From: Candidatus Saccharimonadota bacterium | GTDB taxonomy: Bacteria; Patescibacteriota; Patescibacteriia; 2-12-FULL-60-25 | Assembly: GCA_022843095.1 (NCBI GenBank) | Contig: JALHOH010000002.1 | Span: 210,001-242,000 of the forward strand | Length of the DNA stretch: 32,000 nt | Reading direction: 5' to 3' | In this document: piece after piece, positions 23,166 to 31,495 of the stretch | Position numbering within the stretch: the stretch's first letter is position 1 | Layout: each line of letters opens with the position of its first letter | Notes under the pieces: generated by a model | Databases searched by the model: none | Seen by the model: only the letters and a program-made list of their open reading frames with translations | What the model was told of the DNA's origin: nothing | Program-made: the position numbers and the translations under genes

Positions 23166-24626
23166 ATGGCCCTCGAGCGTCTGACCCCCCAAAACATCGA
23201 AGCGGAACAGTCCTTTTTAGGATCGCTCCTCTTGGATAAGGACGCCATGATCCGCGTGGCCGATAACCTGTCTCCGGAGGATTTTTATCTGGATAAACAT
23301 CGACGCATCTACGAGGCGATGCTTGATCTCTATCGTCGCAATGAACCGATCGACCTCTTGTCGCTTGGAAACCGCTTAAACGAACGGGGCGATTTGGAGT
23401 CTATTGGTGGACGCGCAGAACTCATCGCGCTTTCAAACACAGTGCCAACCGCCTCGCACGTGGTCCACTATGCAGAAATCGTCCAAAAAAAATCCACGTT
23501 GCGTCGGTTGCTGCAGGCAGCTGGAGAGATCACGGCGCTTGGATACGAGCAGGCGGAGGATGTCGAAAACCTGCTGGACCAAGCGGAACGCACGTTGTTT
23601 AACGTGTCGCAAAAATTCCTGAAACGTTCGTTCGCAAACATCCGCGACGTGCTTGCGGATGCGTTTGACCGCATCGATGAACTCCACCGCGAAAAAGGAA
23701 AGTTGCGTGGCGTCCCCAGCGGCTATCACGATCTAGATTCGCTGTTAGGCGGGCTACAGAAAAGCGACCTCATCGTTCTGGCGGCGCGTCCATCCTGTGG
23801 AAAAACGGCGTTTGCGTTGGACTTGGCGCGCCACGCCGCCGTCAAAGCAAAGGTGCCCGTCGGCGTCTTTTCGCTTGAAATGTCCAAAGAACAGCTGGTT
23901 GATCGTATGCTGTGCGCCGAGGCGAACGTCGATTTGTGGCGGATGCGTACCGGCAAATTAAACGACGGTCCGGGTTCGGAGGACTTTCCGCGGATCGGTC
24001 ATGCCTTGGGCGTGTTGTCCGAAGCACCGATCTACATCGATGACAGTGCTAACGCGAACATCATGCAGATCCGTACCAAAGCCCGACGTCTCCAAATGGA
24101 ACACGGCCTCGGCATGCTCATCATCGACTATTTGCAGCTCATGGAATCGCGTGGCGGGGGAAAAGACGAAAACCGCACCCAAGAAATCGCGGAAATCACC
24201 CGTGGTCTCAAATCCATCGCGCGTGAATTGAATGTGCCGGTCATTGCGCTCTCACAGCTTTCTCGTTCGGTGGAATTGCAAAAACCGGCTATCCCACGCT
24301 TGGCACACCTGCGTGAATCCGGATCCATTGAACAAGATGCAGACGTCGTCCTGTTCATCTACCGAAAAGCAACGGATCGCAACTATCGCCCAGAAGACCT
24401 GTCGCCCGAAGAACGAAATCAGGCGGAAATCCACATCGCCAAACACCGCAACGGTCCAACCGGCGTCGTCAAACTCTTCTTCGATGCAGAACGCGCCTGT
24501 TTCCGAAACCTCCAAAAATCCCCCCTTCCTCCCCCACCGCCGGGGTCACTGGGTAGCAACGCCCCGCCACCGCTTCCGCCCTCCGGAGCACCGGTCCCGG
24601 TCGTCGGCGCTTCCCAGCCGTTCTAG
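23166..24626 (+). CDS. dnaB: Replicative DNA helicase DnaB with a Pro-rich C-terminal tail
   Basis: The N-terminal domain contains NIEAEQSFLGSLLLD. The Walker A is AARPSCGKTAFAL and the Walker B is LIIDYLQLM. Also present are IALSQLSR and ESGSIEQDADVV. The tail reads PLPPPPPGSLGSNAPPPLPPSGAPVPVV. Confidence 0.95.
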   Translation: MALERLTPQNIEAEQSFLGSLLLDKDAMIRVADNLSPEDFYLDKHRRIYEAMLDLYRRNEPIDLLSLGNRLNERGDLESIGGRAELIALSNTVPTASHVVHYAEIVQKKSTLRRLLQAAGEITALGYEQAEDVENLLDQAERTLFNVSQKFLKRSFANIRDVLADAFDRIDELHREKGKLRGVPSGYHDLDSLLGGLQKSDLIVLAARPSCGKTAFALDLARHAAVKAKVPVGVFSLEMSKEQLVDRMLCAEANVDLWRMRTGKLNDGPGSEDFPRIGHALGVLSEAPIYIDDSANANIMQIRTKARRLQMEHGLGMLIIDYLQLMESRGGGKDENRTQEIAEITRGLKSIARELNVPVIALSQLSRSVELQKPAIPRLAHLRESGSIEQDADVVLFIYRKATDRNYRPEDLSPEERNQAEIHIAKHRNGPTGVVKLFFDAERACFRNLQKSPLPPPPPGSLGSNAPPPLPPSGAPVPVVGASQPF

Positions 24627-24662
24627 CGAAATCCTAAGCATCACGCTACACTGAACCCCGCT

Positions 24663-24983
24663 ATGAGCATTTTCTCCAAACTGAAGCAAATCAACGACAT
24701 TCGCAGCAAAGCAAAGCAGCTCCAAGAAGCGCTTGCTAAAGAATCCGTGGAAGGAACCGCCGGATGGGGCAAGGTGAAGGTCACCATCAACGGCAACCAA
24801 CAAATTTTAGGTGTCTCCATCGATGAAGCCGCGATGAGCGACCGCGCCGCGCTGGAAGGGATGGTTCGGGATGCGACGAACGATGCCATCAAGAAAATCC
24901 AGCAAACCATGGCGACCAAGCTCAAAGATATCGGCGGTCTGGATTTGGCGAAAGAAATGGGCGACGTGATGAACCAGGGCTAA
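24663..24983 (+). CDS. ybaB: Nucleoid-associated protein YbaB/EbfC
   Basis: The 106-aa product contains KAKQLQEALAKESVEGTAGWGKVKVTINGNQQILGVSID. It is followed 3 nt later by recR, the classic ybaB-recR pair. Confidence 0.9.
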   Translation: MSIFSKLKQINDIRSKAKQLQEALAKESVEGTAGWGKVKVTINGNQQILGVSIDEAAMSDRAALEGMVRDATNDAIKKIQQTMATKLKDIGGLDLAKEMGDVMNQG

Positions 24984-24986
24984 TCC

Positions 24987-25586
24987 ATGCGCATCCCCGA
25001 TCCCCTTGAACGCGCCGCTGCGGCGTTTGACGCTCTGCCGGGGATCGGTCCTCGCGCCGCGTTGCGGTATGCCTATTGGCTTGTGACGCAACCCGCGACA
25101 CAAATCCAGCAATTTGCCGCCGCTATCCAAGGACTCGTGGGGACCGTGCGAACTTGCCCTTCCTGCCACCAATGGACGGAAGGAGATCAATGCCGCGTCT
25201 GTACCGACGCCACCCGCGACGGAACCCTGCTTTGCGTCGTTAGCTCTTCGCAGGATGCACAGGCCATCGAAGACACGCGTGCGTTCAAAGGACGGTACCA
25301 TGTTCTGGGTGGGACGATCGATCCGATCGAAGGACGAACGCCGGAGAAGCTCACGATCCCGCATCTTCTCGAACGCATCCGTCGCGCCACCCCTTCGATC
25401 ACCGAAGTGATCCTTGCGCTGGACACAGACGTGCAAGGAGACACGACGGCGCTGTATCTGCGCAAACAACTGGTCCCTCTGGGCGTCCGTGTGTCTGCGC
25501 TTGCCCGAGGCCTTCCGAGCGGTGCCGCGCTTGAATACGCCGATCCGCACACGTTGGCAGATGCCCTCATGAACCGAAAGCCCTAG
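24987..25586 (+). CDS. recR: Recombination protein RecR
   Basis: The HhH motif is ALPGIGPRAALRYAYWL and the C4 zinc finger is CPSCHQWTEGDQCRVC. A Toprim region (VILALDTDVQGDTTALYL) is also present. Confidence 0.95.
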   Translation: MRIPDPLERAAAAFDALPGIGPRAALRYAYWLVTQPATQIQQFAAAIQGLVGTVRTCPSCHQWTEGDQCRVCTDATRDGTLLCVVSSSQDAQAIEDTRAFKGRYHVLGGTIDPIEGRTPEKLTIPHLLERIRRATPSITEVILALDTDVQGDTTALYLRKQLVPLGVRVSALARGLPSGAALEYADPHTLADALMNRKP

Positions 25587-25595
25587 GATACAAAC

Positions 25596-25623
25596 AAAAT
25601 CCCCTCCGTGTGGAGGGGATTTT
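25596..25623. terminator. Bidirectional terminator between convergent recR and rplU
   Basis: AAAATCCCCTCC - gtgt - GGAGGGGATTTT forms a perfect 12-bp stem. Confidence 0.7.
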
Positions 25624-25634
25624 TGCTGTCTCGA

Positions 25635-25934
25635 TTAGGCGATCTTCGTGATCTTGACCTGGGTAAACGCCTGGCGGTGTCCCACCCGGCGGGTGTAGCG
25701 CACCTTCGGCTTATACTTCACGACCTCGATTTTCTTTGCTCGGCCCTGCGCCAAGACTTCTGCGGAAACCTTCGAGGAAAGCGTCGGGGATCCGACATCT
25801 ACCTTTTCCCCTTCTCCCTTCATCAGCACTTCAAAGGTGACGGTCTCGCCCGGCTGCGCCGCGAGCTTTTCCACCTTTAACGTCTCGCCTTCCTGGACGA
25901 GATACTGTTTTCCGCCGGTCTTGATGACAGCAAA
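25635..25934 (-). CDS. rplU: 50S ribosomal protein L21
   Basis: The 99-aa product begins MFAVIKTGGKQYLVQEGETLKVEKL and contains KKIEVVKYKPKVRYTRRVGHRQ. I set the start at ATG 25934. The track start 25982 lies within the promoter. Confidence 0.95.
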   Translation of the reverse strand, partial: FAVIKTGGKQYLVQEGETLKVEKLAAQPGETVTFEVLMKGEGEKVDVGSPTLSSKVSAEVLAQGRAKKIEVVKYKPKVRYTRRVGHRQAFTQVKITKIA

Positions 25935-25953
25935 CATATTCAATGATGGGAAA

Positions 25954-25982
25954 AGAATAAAGAAAACCCGATCTTCTGTCAA
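25954..25982 (-). promoter_or_regulatory. Putative rplU promoter
   Basis: The minus strand reads TTGACA (25982-25977), a 17-nt spacer, then TATTCT (25959-25954). The ATG is 19 nt downstream of the -10 hexamer. Confidence 0.55.
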
Positions 25983-25991
25983 TACGACTTA

Positions 25992-26016
25992 CAAAAAAAC
26001 GGCTCCGAGGAGCCGT
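25992..26016 (-). terminator. Rho-independent terminator after the 203-aa hypothetical gene
   Basis: The minus strand reads ACGGCTC-CTCG-GAGCCGT followed by T7. It separates the orphan gene from the rplU promoter. Confidence 0.65.
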
Positions 26017-26021
26017 AGCGG

Positions 26022-26633
26022 TTAGTTCAGGGTGTTCTGCTGTGAAAAACAGCCTAAATACCGCTGAAGAACCAGTTCCCACGCGTCTAAATCTGGAAAG
26101 TCCTGTTGCTGCATCACCTCAGTCAATAGGGCAGCCCAGCGCGCATCTCGTACGTCAGGGGTAAAAGGACTTGCCTCAAGCGCCTTGGCCGCCGCAAGCA
26201 GGTACTGAGGATTAACGAGAAGAAGCCCGATGCTCGCATAGAGCACATTCTTAATCTCATCTTCCCCCTCAGGAGAAATCCTCACCGATGCACTCCTGGA
26301 AACAGGAAAGAGGCGGCGGAGGTCCAATCCCAGGCTGGAAAGTCCACACAGAAATGCACAGAACGGATTCCCGCCGACCAACCGATCGATCAGGAGGGCA
26401 ATCAGCGGAACCTTGCCGGGCATTGGCGGAGTCGCTCCGGTATACCCATGCACGTCACGCACATGTCGCACCATCGCGTCATAGAAGCGACGCAATTCCT
26501 CTCCACTGATCTGCCGGCTTGGGTCATTCTCTTGCAAAATGCTGAGCTGCACTTGTGCACAATCCTCAGCACTCGCAGAGCCGTGAACACGAAGGGTCGC
26601 GAACCACACGTTTACCAATTGCTCCAATGTCAT
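26022..26633 (-). CDS. Hypothetical 203-aa protein (predicted mostly helical, no recognised family)
   Basis: The ORF is open throughout. A strong SD (AGGAGG) lies 5 nt upstream of ATG 26633; the track start 26636 is a GTG. The gene has its own rho-independent terminator at 25992-26016. Its codon choice looks different from neighbours, being richer in CAG and CTG. Confidence 0.6.
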   Translation of the reverse strand: MTLEQLVNVWFATLRVHGSASAEDCAQVQLSILQENDPSRQISGEELRRFYDAMVRHVRDVHGYTGATPPMPGKVPLIALLIDRLVGGNPFCAFLCGLSSLGLDLRRLFPVSRSASVRISPEGEDEIKNVLYASIGLLLVNPQYLLAAAKALEASPFTPDVRDARWAALLTEVMQQQDFPDLDAWELVLQRYLGCFSQQNTLN

Positions 26634-26676
26634 CACAACCTCCTGTTCCGGAATAGATCAAAAAAAGGGAAAAAGG

Positions 26677-27204
26677 TCAATATGCTTCGATATTGTTCAC
26701 ATCAGGAAGGATGGAACCGACACGAATCCCGTACCGTGCCGCATCTCCCGCCGGAACTTCCAGAATATGCGTCGCGGAAACCGGGGGAATCACGGTGCGC
26801 GGGATCCCATGGGTCTCGGACGGGGGCTGGACACGTTCCGCAAGAAATACCACCCGCCCATCTGCAATCCACAGGATATCGATCGGAAAATGCATATCTT
26901 TCATCCAAAACGGGTGGATCCCCCGTGCGCCCATCACAAACAGCATCCCCGTCCCGGTCGCCATTTCCGATCGTCCTCCCAAGCCACGTCTGAGCCCCTC
27001 CGGCCGCGTCACCACCTCCACGGTGATGCGTTCGGTCCCAATATCCCACGTTTCCATACGTGGCGCCTCCCAACGATCCTCCGACGACACAACCAACGTC
27101 GCGCTTTGCCCCGTAACGAATCGCCACACAAAAAATCCGAACCCTCCAAGAACAAGCCCTGCAAAGAAAAGCAAGAAAAAAACGCGTCGCATACCGTGCA
27201 TCAT
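26677..27204 (-). CDS. DUF192-domain protein with an N-terminal membrane anchor
   Basis: The DUF192 signature is GLGGRSEMATGTGMLFVMGARGIHPFWMKDMHFPIDILWIADGRVV...ATHILEVPAGDAARYGIRVG. The TM helix is RRVFFLLFFAGLVLGGFGFFVW. ATG 27204 lies 1 nt after the TAG stop of the upstream transferase. Confidence 0.8.
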   Translation of the reverse strand: MMHGMRRVFFLLFFAGLVLGGFGFFVWRFVTGQSATLVVSSEDRWEAPRMETWDIGTERITVEVVTRPEGLRRGLGGRSEMATGTGMLFVMGARGIHPFWMKDMHFPIDILWIADGRVVFLAERVQPPSETHGIPRTVIPPVSATHILEVPAGDAARYGIRVGSILPDVNNIEAY

Positions 27205-27205
27205 G

Positions 27206-28279
27206 CTACGGTCGGCGATGACGTGCAATCCAACCTGCCCCAAAGGACAGCGCCGAGGTCAACAAACAAAGCCCCACCAAGACCAACAATTTCCCGCGCG
27301 TCTGCAACCCCAAGGCCAACAAACCGGCGCACAGGGAAAGCGACCAGATCACGATGACCGCCTGCCCCTTGGAGAGGCCGGCGTCCAACAAACGGTGATG
27401 CAAATGCGAACGATCTCCCTGAGTCAACGGCGCACGACGCCAAAGCCGTCCAAGCAATACGACGGCAGCATCTACAATCGGAACGCCAAGCACCATAAGC
27501 GCCGTCGCCACCTTTGTCCCAGAAACGATGGACAAAAACGCTAACGAAAATCCCACGATCGTACTCCCCGATTCTCCAAGAAACTGCCGCGCCGGCCAAA
27601 TGTTTCGCGGAAGAAACCCCACAAACGATCCACCGACGATCGCCGCGAGGGTCGTCACGGCCGGTTGGTAAAACGTCACCGATTGCGTGAGCGCCGCGAT
27701 CATACCGGCCCCGATGATTCCGAGCCCCGTGATCAACCCATCCAACCCGTCCATGAGTTTGGTCGCATACGTCACCCCAAGCAGCCAGCAAAACGTCAGC
27801 ACATCTGCCGGCAACGAAAAGGCCCCTCCCCATGGAAACGGCCATTGCCACCATCCAAGTCCAAACGCCCCCGTTCCCGACCAATGCGTGACCTGGACAA
27901 TCCCGGTTCCCGTCAGCATGACCGCGATGGCAGCAAGCAAAGGAAACACAATCTGGATGCGTGGCGGAAGGGTGTACCGATCATCCGCATATCCGCCAAG
28001 AAGCAACAGGAGAATACCGATGCCGAATCCAACCAATTGCACCGGACGAATCTCCCCTGCAAACGCTCCGAATCCGTACGCCACCACCCCAACCACGAGC
28101 ATCGCGATCCCGATCCCCATCCCGCCGAATTCGGGCGTCGGATGCGCGTGGATATGCCGTCCGCCCAGTGGAGCCTTCACGATCCCTGTCCGCACCGCCC
28201 AACGCGCCCACACCCAAGAGAGTCCGGCGGCACAAATGGCCGAGACACAGGCATATCCGACAAACGAGAGGTCGCGCAT
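27206..28279 (-). CDS. Polyprenyl-phosphate N-acetylhexosamine-1-phosphate transferase (Glycos_transf_4; WecA/TagO-like rather than MraY)
   Basis: This is a polytopic protein with the motifs GGYADDRYTL, KLMDGLDGL, GESGSTIVGF and DRSHLHHRLLDAG. I set the start at ATG 28279 (MRDLSFVGYA) because TTGCGT-17-TACCAT lies upstream. The track start 28336 would remove the divergent intergenic region. Confidence 0.85.
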   Translation of the reverse strand: MRDLSFVGYACVSAICAAGLSWVWARWAVRTGIVKAPLGGRHIHAHPTPEFGGMGIGIAMLVVGVVAYGFGAFAGEIRPVQLVGFGIGILLLLLGGYADDRYTLPPRIQIVFPLLAAIAVMLTGTGIVQVTHWSGTGAFGLGWWQWPFPWGGAFSLPADVLTFCWLLGVTYATKLMDGLDGLITGLGIIGAGMIAALTQSVTFYQPAVTTLAAIVGGSFVGFLPRNIWPARQFLGESGSTIVGFSLAFLSIVSGTKVATALMVLGVPIVDAAVVLLGRLWRRAPLTQGDRSHLHHRLLDAGLSKGQAVIVIWSLSLCAGLLALGLQTRGKLLVLVGLCLLTSALSFGAGWIARHRRP

Positions 28280-28292
28280 TGACTTCCCCCCT

Positions 28293-28321
28293 ATGGTATG
28301 GTGCGCTTTTCCTGCACGCAA
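28293..28321 (-). promoter_or_regulatory. Putative promoter of the WecA/TagO-like and DUF192 operon
   Basis: The minus strand reads TTGCGT (28321-28316), a 17-nt spacer, then TACCAT (28298-28293). ATG 28279 is 13 nt downstream. Confidence 0.45.
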
Positions 28322-28334
28322 GAAAGGAGGGGGC

Positions 28335-28763
28335 ATGACGTCCCAGAAACTGCGCGTTCACATCTTCGATCATGACGAAGAGATGCGCCTGCAGATTCTG
28401 GAGGAATTGCAGCGCGCAACACCCGTACCTCCGGCGATGATCGCGCCAACTGCCTACGTCGAATGCTGGTGGCACAGCGCCGCACTTCCCGAACCGAACG
28501 ACATGCTCCCCGTCCCCGTCGACATCGCCATCGTGGATCTAAGCCTGATTCCGGACGATCTCGCAGTGACGAAATTCATCACCCGGATGACGCAAGCGAA
28601 CCGGTTGTATCCGGTCACGTTTTTGCTCATAGGTGATGACTGGGCCCTTCAATCCACTCGAACAAAATACGCGCCATTCGGCATCGAGCACGGATGTACG
28701 CGAGGCGACTGGAAACGCTTTCACGCCATGCTCGAAAAAATCCGGGTAAAACTCCTGGGCTAA
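28335..28763 (+). CDS. Stand-alone receiver (REC)-like protein with a degenerate phospho-acceptor pocket
   Basis: This is the last 142 codons of track ORF 27687..28763. ATG 28335 is preceded by AAGGAGG with a 4-nt spacer. The beta-alpha pattern is LRVHIFDHDEE / VDIAIVDLSLIPDD / PVTFLLIGDD. The conserved Thr/Ser and Lys positions are not evident. Confidence 0.55.
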   Translation: MTSQKLRVHIFDHDEEMRLQILEELQRATPVPPAMIAPTAYVECWWHSAALPEPNDMLPVPVDIAIVDLSLIPDDLAVTKFITRMTQANRLYPVTFLLIGDDWALQSTRTKYAPFGIEHGCTRGDWKRFHAMLEKIRVKLLG

Positions 28764-28795
28764 CCCCCTCTCTCTACGGAAGGGGGTCTTTTTTA
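28763..28795 (+). terminator. Terminator after the REC-like gene, overlapping the stop codon of the convergent Clp-like gene
   Basis: ACCCCCT - 11-nt loop - AGGGGGT is followed by CTTTTTT. Confidence 0.5.
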
Positions 28796-31495
28796 TCCGT
28801 GAAACGGCTCTACGCGCAGTGTCCCGCCCGCATCCAACACGATGGTGTCTTTGCGTGCCACGGCTTTCTTCAACAGAAGATCCGCCAGTTGATTTTCGAT
28901 GCGATCCTGCAACACGCGCCGCAGCGGACGTGCGCCAAACAACGGATCAAACCCCGCACGTGCCAATTCCTCCACCGCGGATGCATCCGCACGGAATCCG
29001 ATCCCTTTTTCTGCCAAGCGCGCCTCCATTTTGGCGAGCAGCAGGTGTGCGATTTGAACGACCGAGGAAAGTGCGAGCGGCGTAAAGACGATCACGCCAT
29101 CAAAACGATTCAAGAACTCCGGACGAAAGGTCCCCTTTAATTCCTGCTCCAATAACGCCGTCTTGATCTGCTCCACCGGCGCGCCGGAACGCACACGATC
29201 CTGGATAAAGGCCGTGCCCGCATTCGACGTCGCAATGAGAACAACGTTCGTAAAATCAACCGTCCGACCAACGCCATCCGTCAGTCGCCCATCATCCATC
29301 ACCTGCAAAAAGAGGGTCAGAATATCCGGATGCGCTTTTTCCAACTCATCCAGCAACACGATGGCAAACGGCCGTTTACGCACCGCTTCCGTCAATAATC
29401 CGCCTCGTGGATCACCCGCCGCACCGATCATGCGCGCGATGGACGCAGCGTCCTGATACTCGGACATATCGAGACGCACCATCGCTTGCTCACTGCCAAA
29501 ATATTCTGCCGCCAGCGCCTTGGCGAGCTCGGTTTTTCCAACACCCGTTGGTCCAAGAAACAAAAAGTTGGCGATTGGACGACGCGTCTCACGCACCTCT
29601 GCACGCGCACGTCGCATCGCGGCCGCGACCGCCTGCACCGCCTCCTCCTGTCCGATGACCCGCGCATGCAAACGCTCCTCCAATGCGAGCAACTTCGCCG
29701 ACTCATCCACCCCAACCGCCTCCACTGGAATCTGGGTTTTCTCTTGTACGACTTGCGCAACATCTTCCCCGGTTACAAAGGCTCCATCCCCATGCGCTTT
29801 GCGTGCCAGTACCGCCGCTTCTTTCATGAGTCCAATCGCAGACTCCGGTAACCGCACGTCGCGCAAATATTTTCCGGCAAAAAACACGGCACGTTCCAGC
29901 GCAGCGTACGAAAAAAAGACGTTTTGTTCGTATTCAATGGAACCGCTTCGCGCCATCAGGACCTGCACCGCCTCGTCTGACGGCAATTCACGCACCAGAA
30001 TCTTCGCGAGCTTTCCTCCAAGCGAACGCCGCTCCAAAAACGACGTCCACGCTTCCGGGGTCGTGGTTGCAAGGACCTGCACAGAACCACGATCAAGTTC
30101 GGTCGCCAAGGTCTCCGCCAAATCCATCGGACCCATTCCGTGACCCCCCGTGAGCGCTTCAATCCCTTCCAACACCAGCACAATATTTCCGCTGATCCCC
30201 ACTTCACGCAGCATGGTCAACAGGCGCTCTGGCGCCTCGGCCGGATCACCGGAAGCCAATAATTCAGGCAACTTAATGGAGACAAGTCGCTTATCAAACA
30301 GGATTTTTGGCACCGTCTCTTCGACCATGGCGCGCGCCAATTGCTCGACCAGCGCCGTTTTTCCCACCCCGGATTCTCCCACCAACACGATCCCGCTTTT
30401 CCCGCTCTCAAACGCACGAAACAGCTCTTCTCGCTCGCGATGTCTTCCCACCATTGGACCAATGTATCCTCGACGGGCCGCATGCGTCAGATCTTCGCTA
30501 AATCGATCCAATAGAGGCGTTTGGCGTGCGGTCATGGTCCGGTTCATCGCGGTATCTGGCTTCAACCGCGCAAGCAACGCGAACCGATCATGTTCTTCAC
30601 GCAATTGCTCTTGGATACGCAACCATTCCGCAACGTGCTGGACATGTGCCGGCGGAAAACCCGCTGCATCAAGCGCATCCTGAACGCCTTGATCGGCGGC
30701 ATAGGCGGCCAAAAAGATTTCCACGGCGCTTACATGCTTCCGACCCACGGTCCGCGCATCCAAATAGGCACGCAACAACACCTCTTTCGCTTCACGAGAC
30801 AATCGCGTGGGCGTCCCCACCTGTCCCTCGCGCAATAGGGCCACCAACCGATCTTTCACCGCTTCAAACGGCATGGCGAGACGCGTCAAAAAAATCCCAC
30901 CCGTCGGCGAGGTCAACGCCGCCACAAACAAATGAGCGGGCACAAGCTCGGTGCGTCCCACTTTTTTGGCAAAGCCATATGCGTCTTCGATCACCTGCCA
31001 GGCGGATGAAAGAAAATACGGCGAAACGTCATGCGCATGTGCCGGTGCTTCGTTCGGGACCTCAGATACACCGGATCGCATCCCCCAATGTGGAAGCGTT
31101 TTCACCTCTTCACGAAACACACGAAGGCGAAACACGAGGAACGATCCAAGAAACACCGCCGCCCAAAATGCCTGCACAAACCAATATCCCGACGTCCAAA
31201 AGGTGGCGGAAAGCAAGGCATCGGCATCGTCCAAACGCACCAAGCCATACACAAACAACGAAAACAGGACCACAACGACGCCTCCAAGCCCCGCATGCAA
31301 CAGCACATGAATGCGGTGTTTTGTCTTCCGGAACGCCAGAGAAAAATCATCAATCGGCGCAAGCCAGACCAGCTGCCCGTCCTGAGACGGAAGCGAAAGG
31401 CCCGCCCCCTGACATTCGCGACATCCAACAGAGGCGCGCGGATCACCGCCGCAACGCGGACACATAACCGGAGAAACGTGGGCGTCAGGAGCCAT
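28793..31495 (-). CDS. Membrane-anchored Clp/Hsp100-family double AAA+ ATPase with an N-terminal 4-Cys zinc ribbon, two TM helices and a Clp_N domain
   Basis: The zinc ribbon is CPRCGGDPRASVGCRECQGAG. The TM helices are VLLHAGLGGVVVVLFSLFVYGLV and WFVQAFWAAVFLGSFLVFRL. Clp_N repeats include VPAHLFVAALT and SAVEIFLAAYA. D1 has Walker A GESGVGKT. D2 has Walker A GPTGVGKT, Walker B VLLDELEKAH and GARPLRR. An alternative start is ATG 31465 (MCPRCGG). Confidence 0.85.
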   Translation of the reverse strand: MAPDAHVSPVMCPRCGGDPRASVGCRECQGAGLSLPSQDGQLVWLAPIDDFSLAFRKTKHRIHVLLHAGLGGVVVVLFSLFVYGLVRLDDADALLSATFWTSGYWFVQAFWAAVFLGSFLVFRLRVFREEVKTLPHWGMRSGVSEVPNEAPAHAHDVSPYFLSSAWQVIEDAYGFAKKVGRTELVPAHLFVAALTSPTGGIFLTRLAMPFEAVKDRLVALLREGQVGTPTRLSREAKEVLLRAYLDARTVGRKHVSAVEIFLAAYAADQGVQDALDAAGFPPAHVQHVAEWLRIQEQLREEHDRFALLARLKPDTAMNRTMTARQTPLLDRFSEDLTHAARRGYIGPMVGRHREREELFRAFESGKSGIVLVGESGVGKTALVEQLARAMVEETVPKILFDKRLVSIKLPELLASGDPAEAPERLLTMLREVGISGNIVLVLEGIEALTGGHGMGPMDLAETLATELDRGSVQVLATTTPEAWTSFLERRSLGGKLAKILVRELPSDEAVQVLMARSGSIEYEQNVFFSYAALERAVFFAGKYLRDVRLPESAIGLMKEAAVLARKAHGDGAFVTGEDVAQVVQEKTQIPVEAVGVDESAKLLALEERLHARVIGQEEAVQAVAAAMRRARAEVRETRRPIANFLFLGPTGVGKTELAKALAAEYFGSEQAMVRLDMSEYQDAASIARMIGAAGDPRGGLLTEAVRKRPFAIVLLDELEKAHPDILTLFLQVMDDGRLTDGVGRTVDFTNVVLIATSNAGTAFIQDRVRSGAPVEQIKTALLEQELKGTFRPEFLNRFDGVIVFTPLALSSVVQIAHLLLAKMEARLAEKGIGFRADASAVEELARAGFDPLFGARPLRRVLQDRIENQLADLLLKKAVARKDTIVLDAGGTLRVEPFHG

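Noticed and set aside
25635-25982. rplU lacking a downstream rpmA as evidence of rearrangement or novelty
   Set aside because: The gene has its own clean promoter and terminator and looks intact. rpmA is presumably elsewhere in the genome. This is unremarkable for reduced genomes.
26693-27544. A 283-aa plus-strand ORF and the 227-aa minus-strand ORF 27201..27884
   Set aside because: These are alternative-frame or antisense shadows of the DUF192 and transferase genes, which carry diagnostic motifs in the chosen frames.
27687-28334. The first 216 codons of the plus-strand track ORF 27687..28763
   Set aside because: They are antisense to the polytopic WecA/TagO-like gene. Only the last 142 codons, which follow a strong AAGGAGG site, look like a real gene.
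30526-31467. A 313-aa plus-strand ORF (and others at 29520-30143 and 30150-30683) inside the Clp-like gene
   Set aside because: These are shadow ORFs antisense to a gene with clear Walker motifs. Their composition is Arg/Pro/Ser/Thr/His-rich with no motifs.
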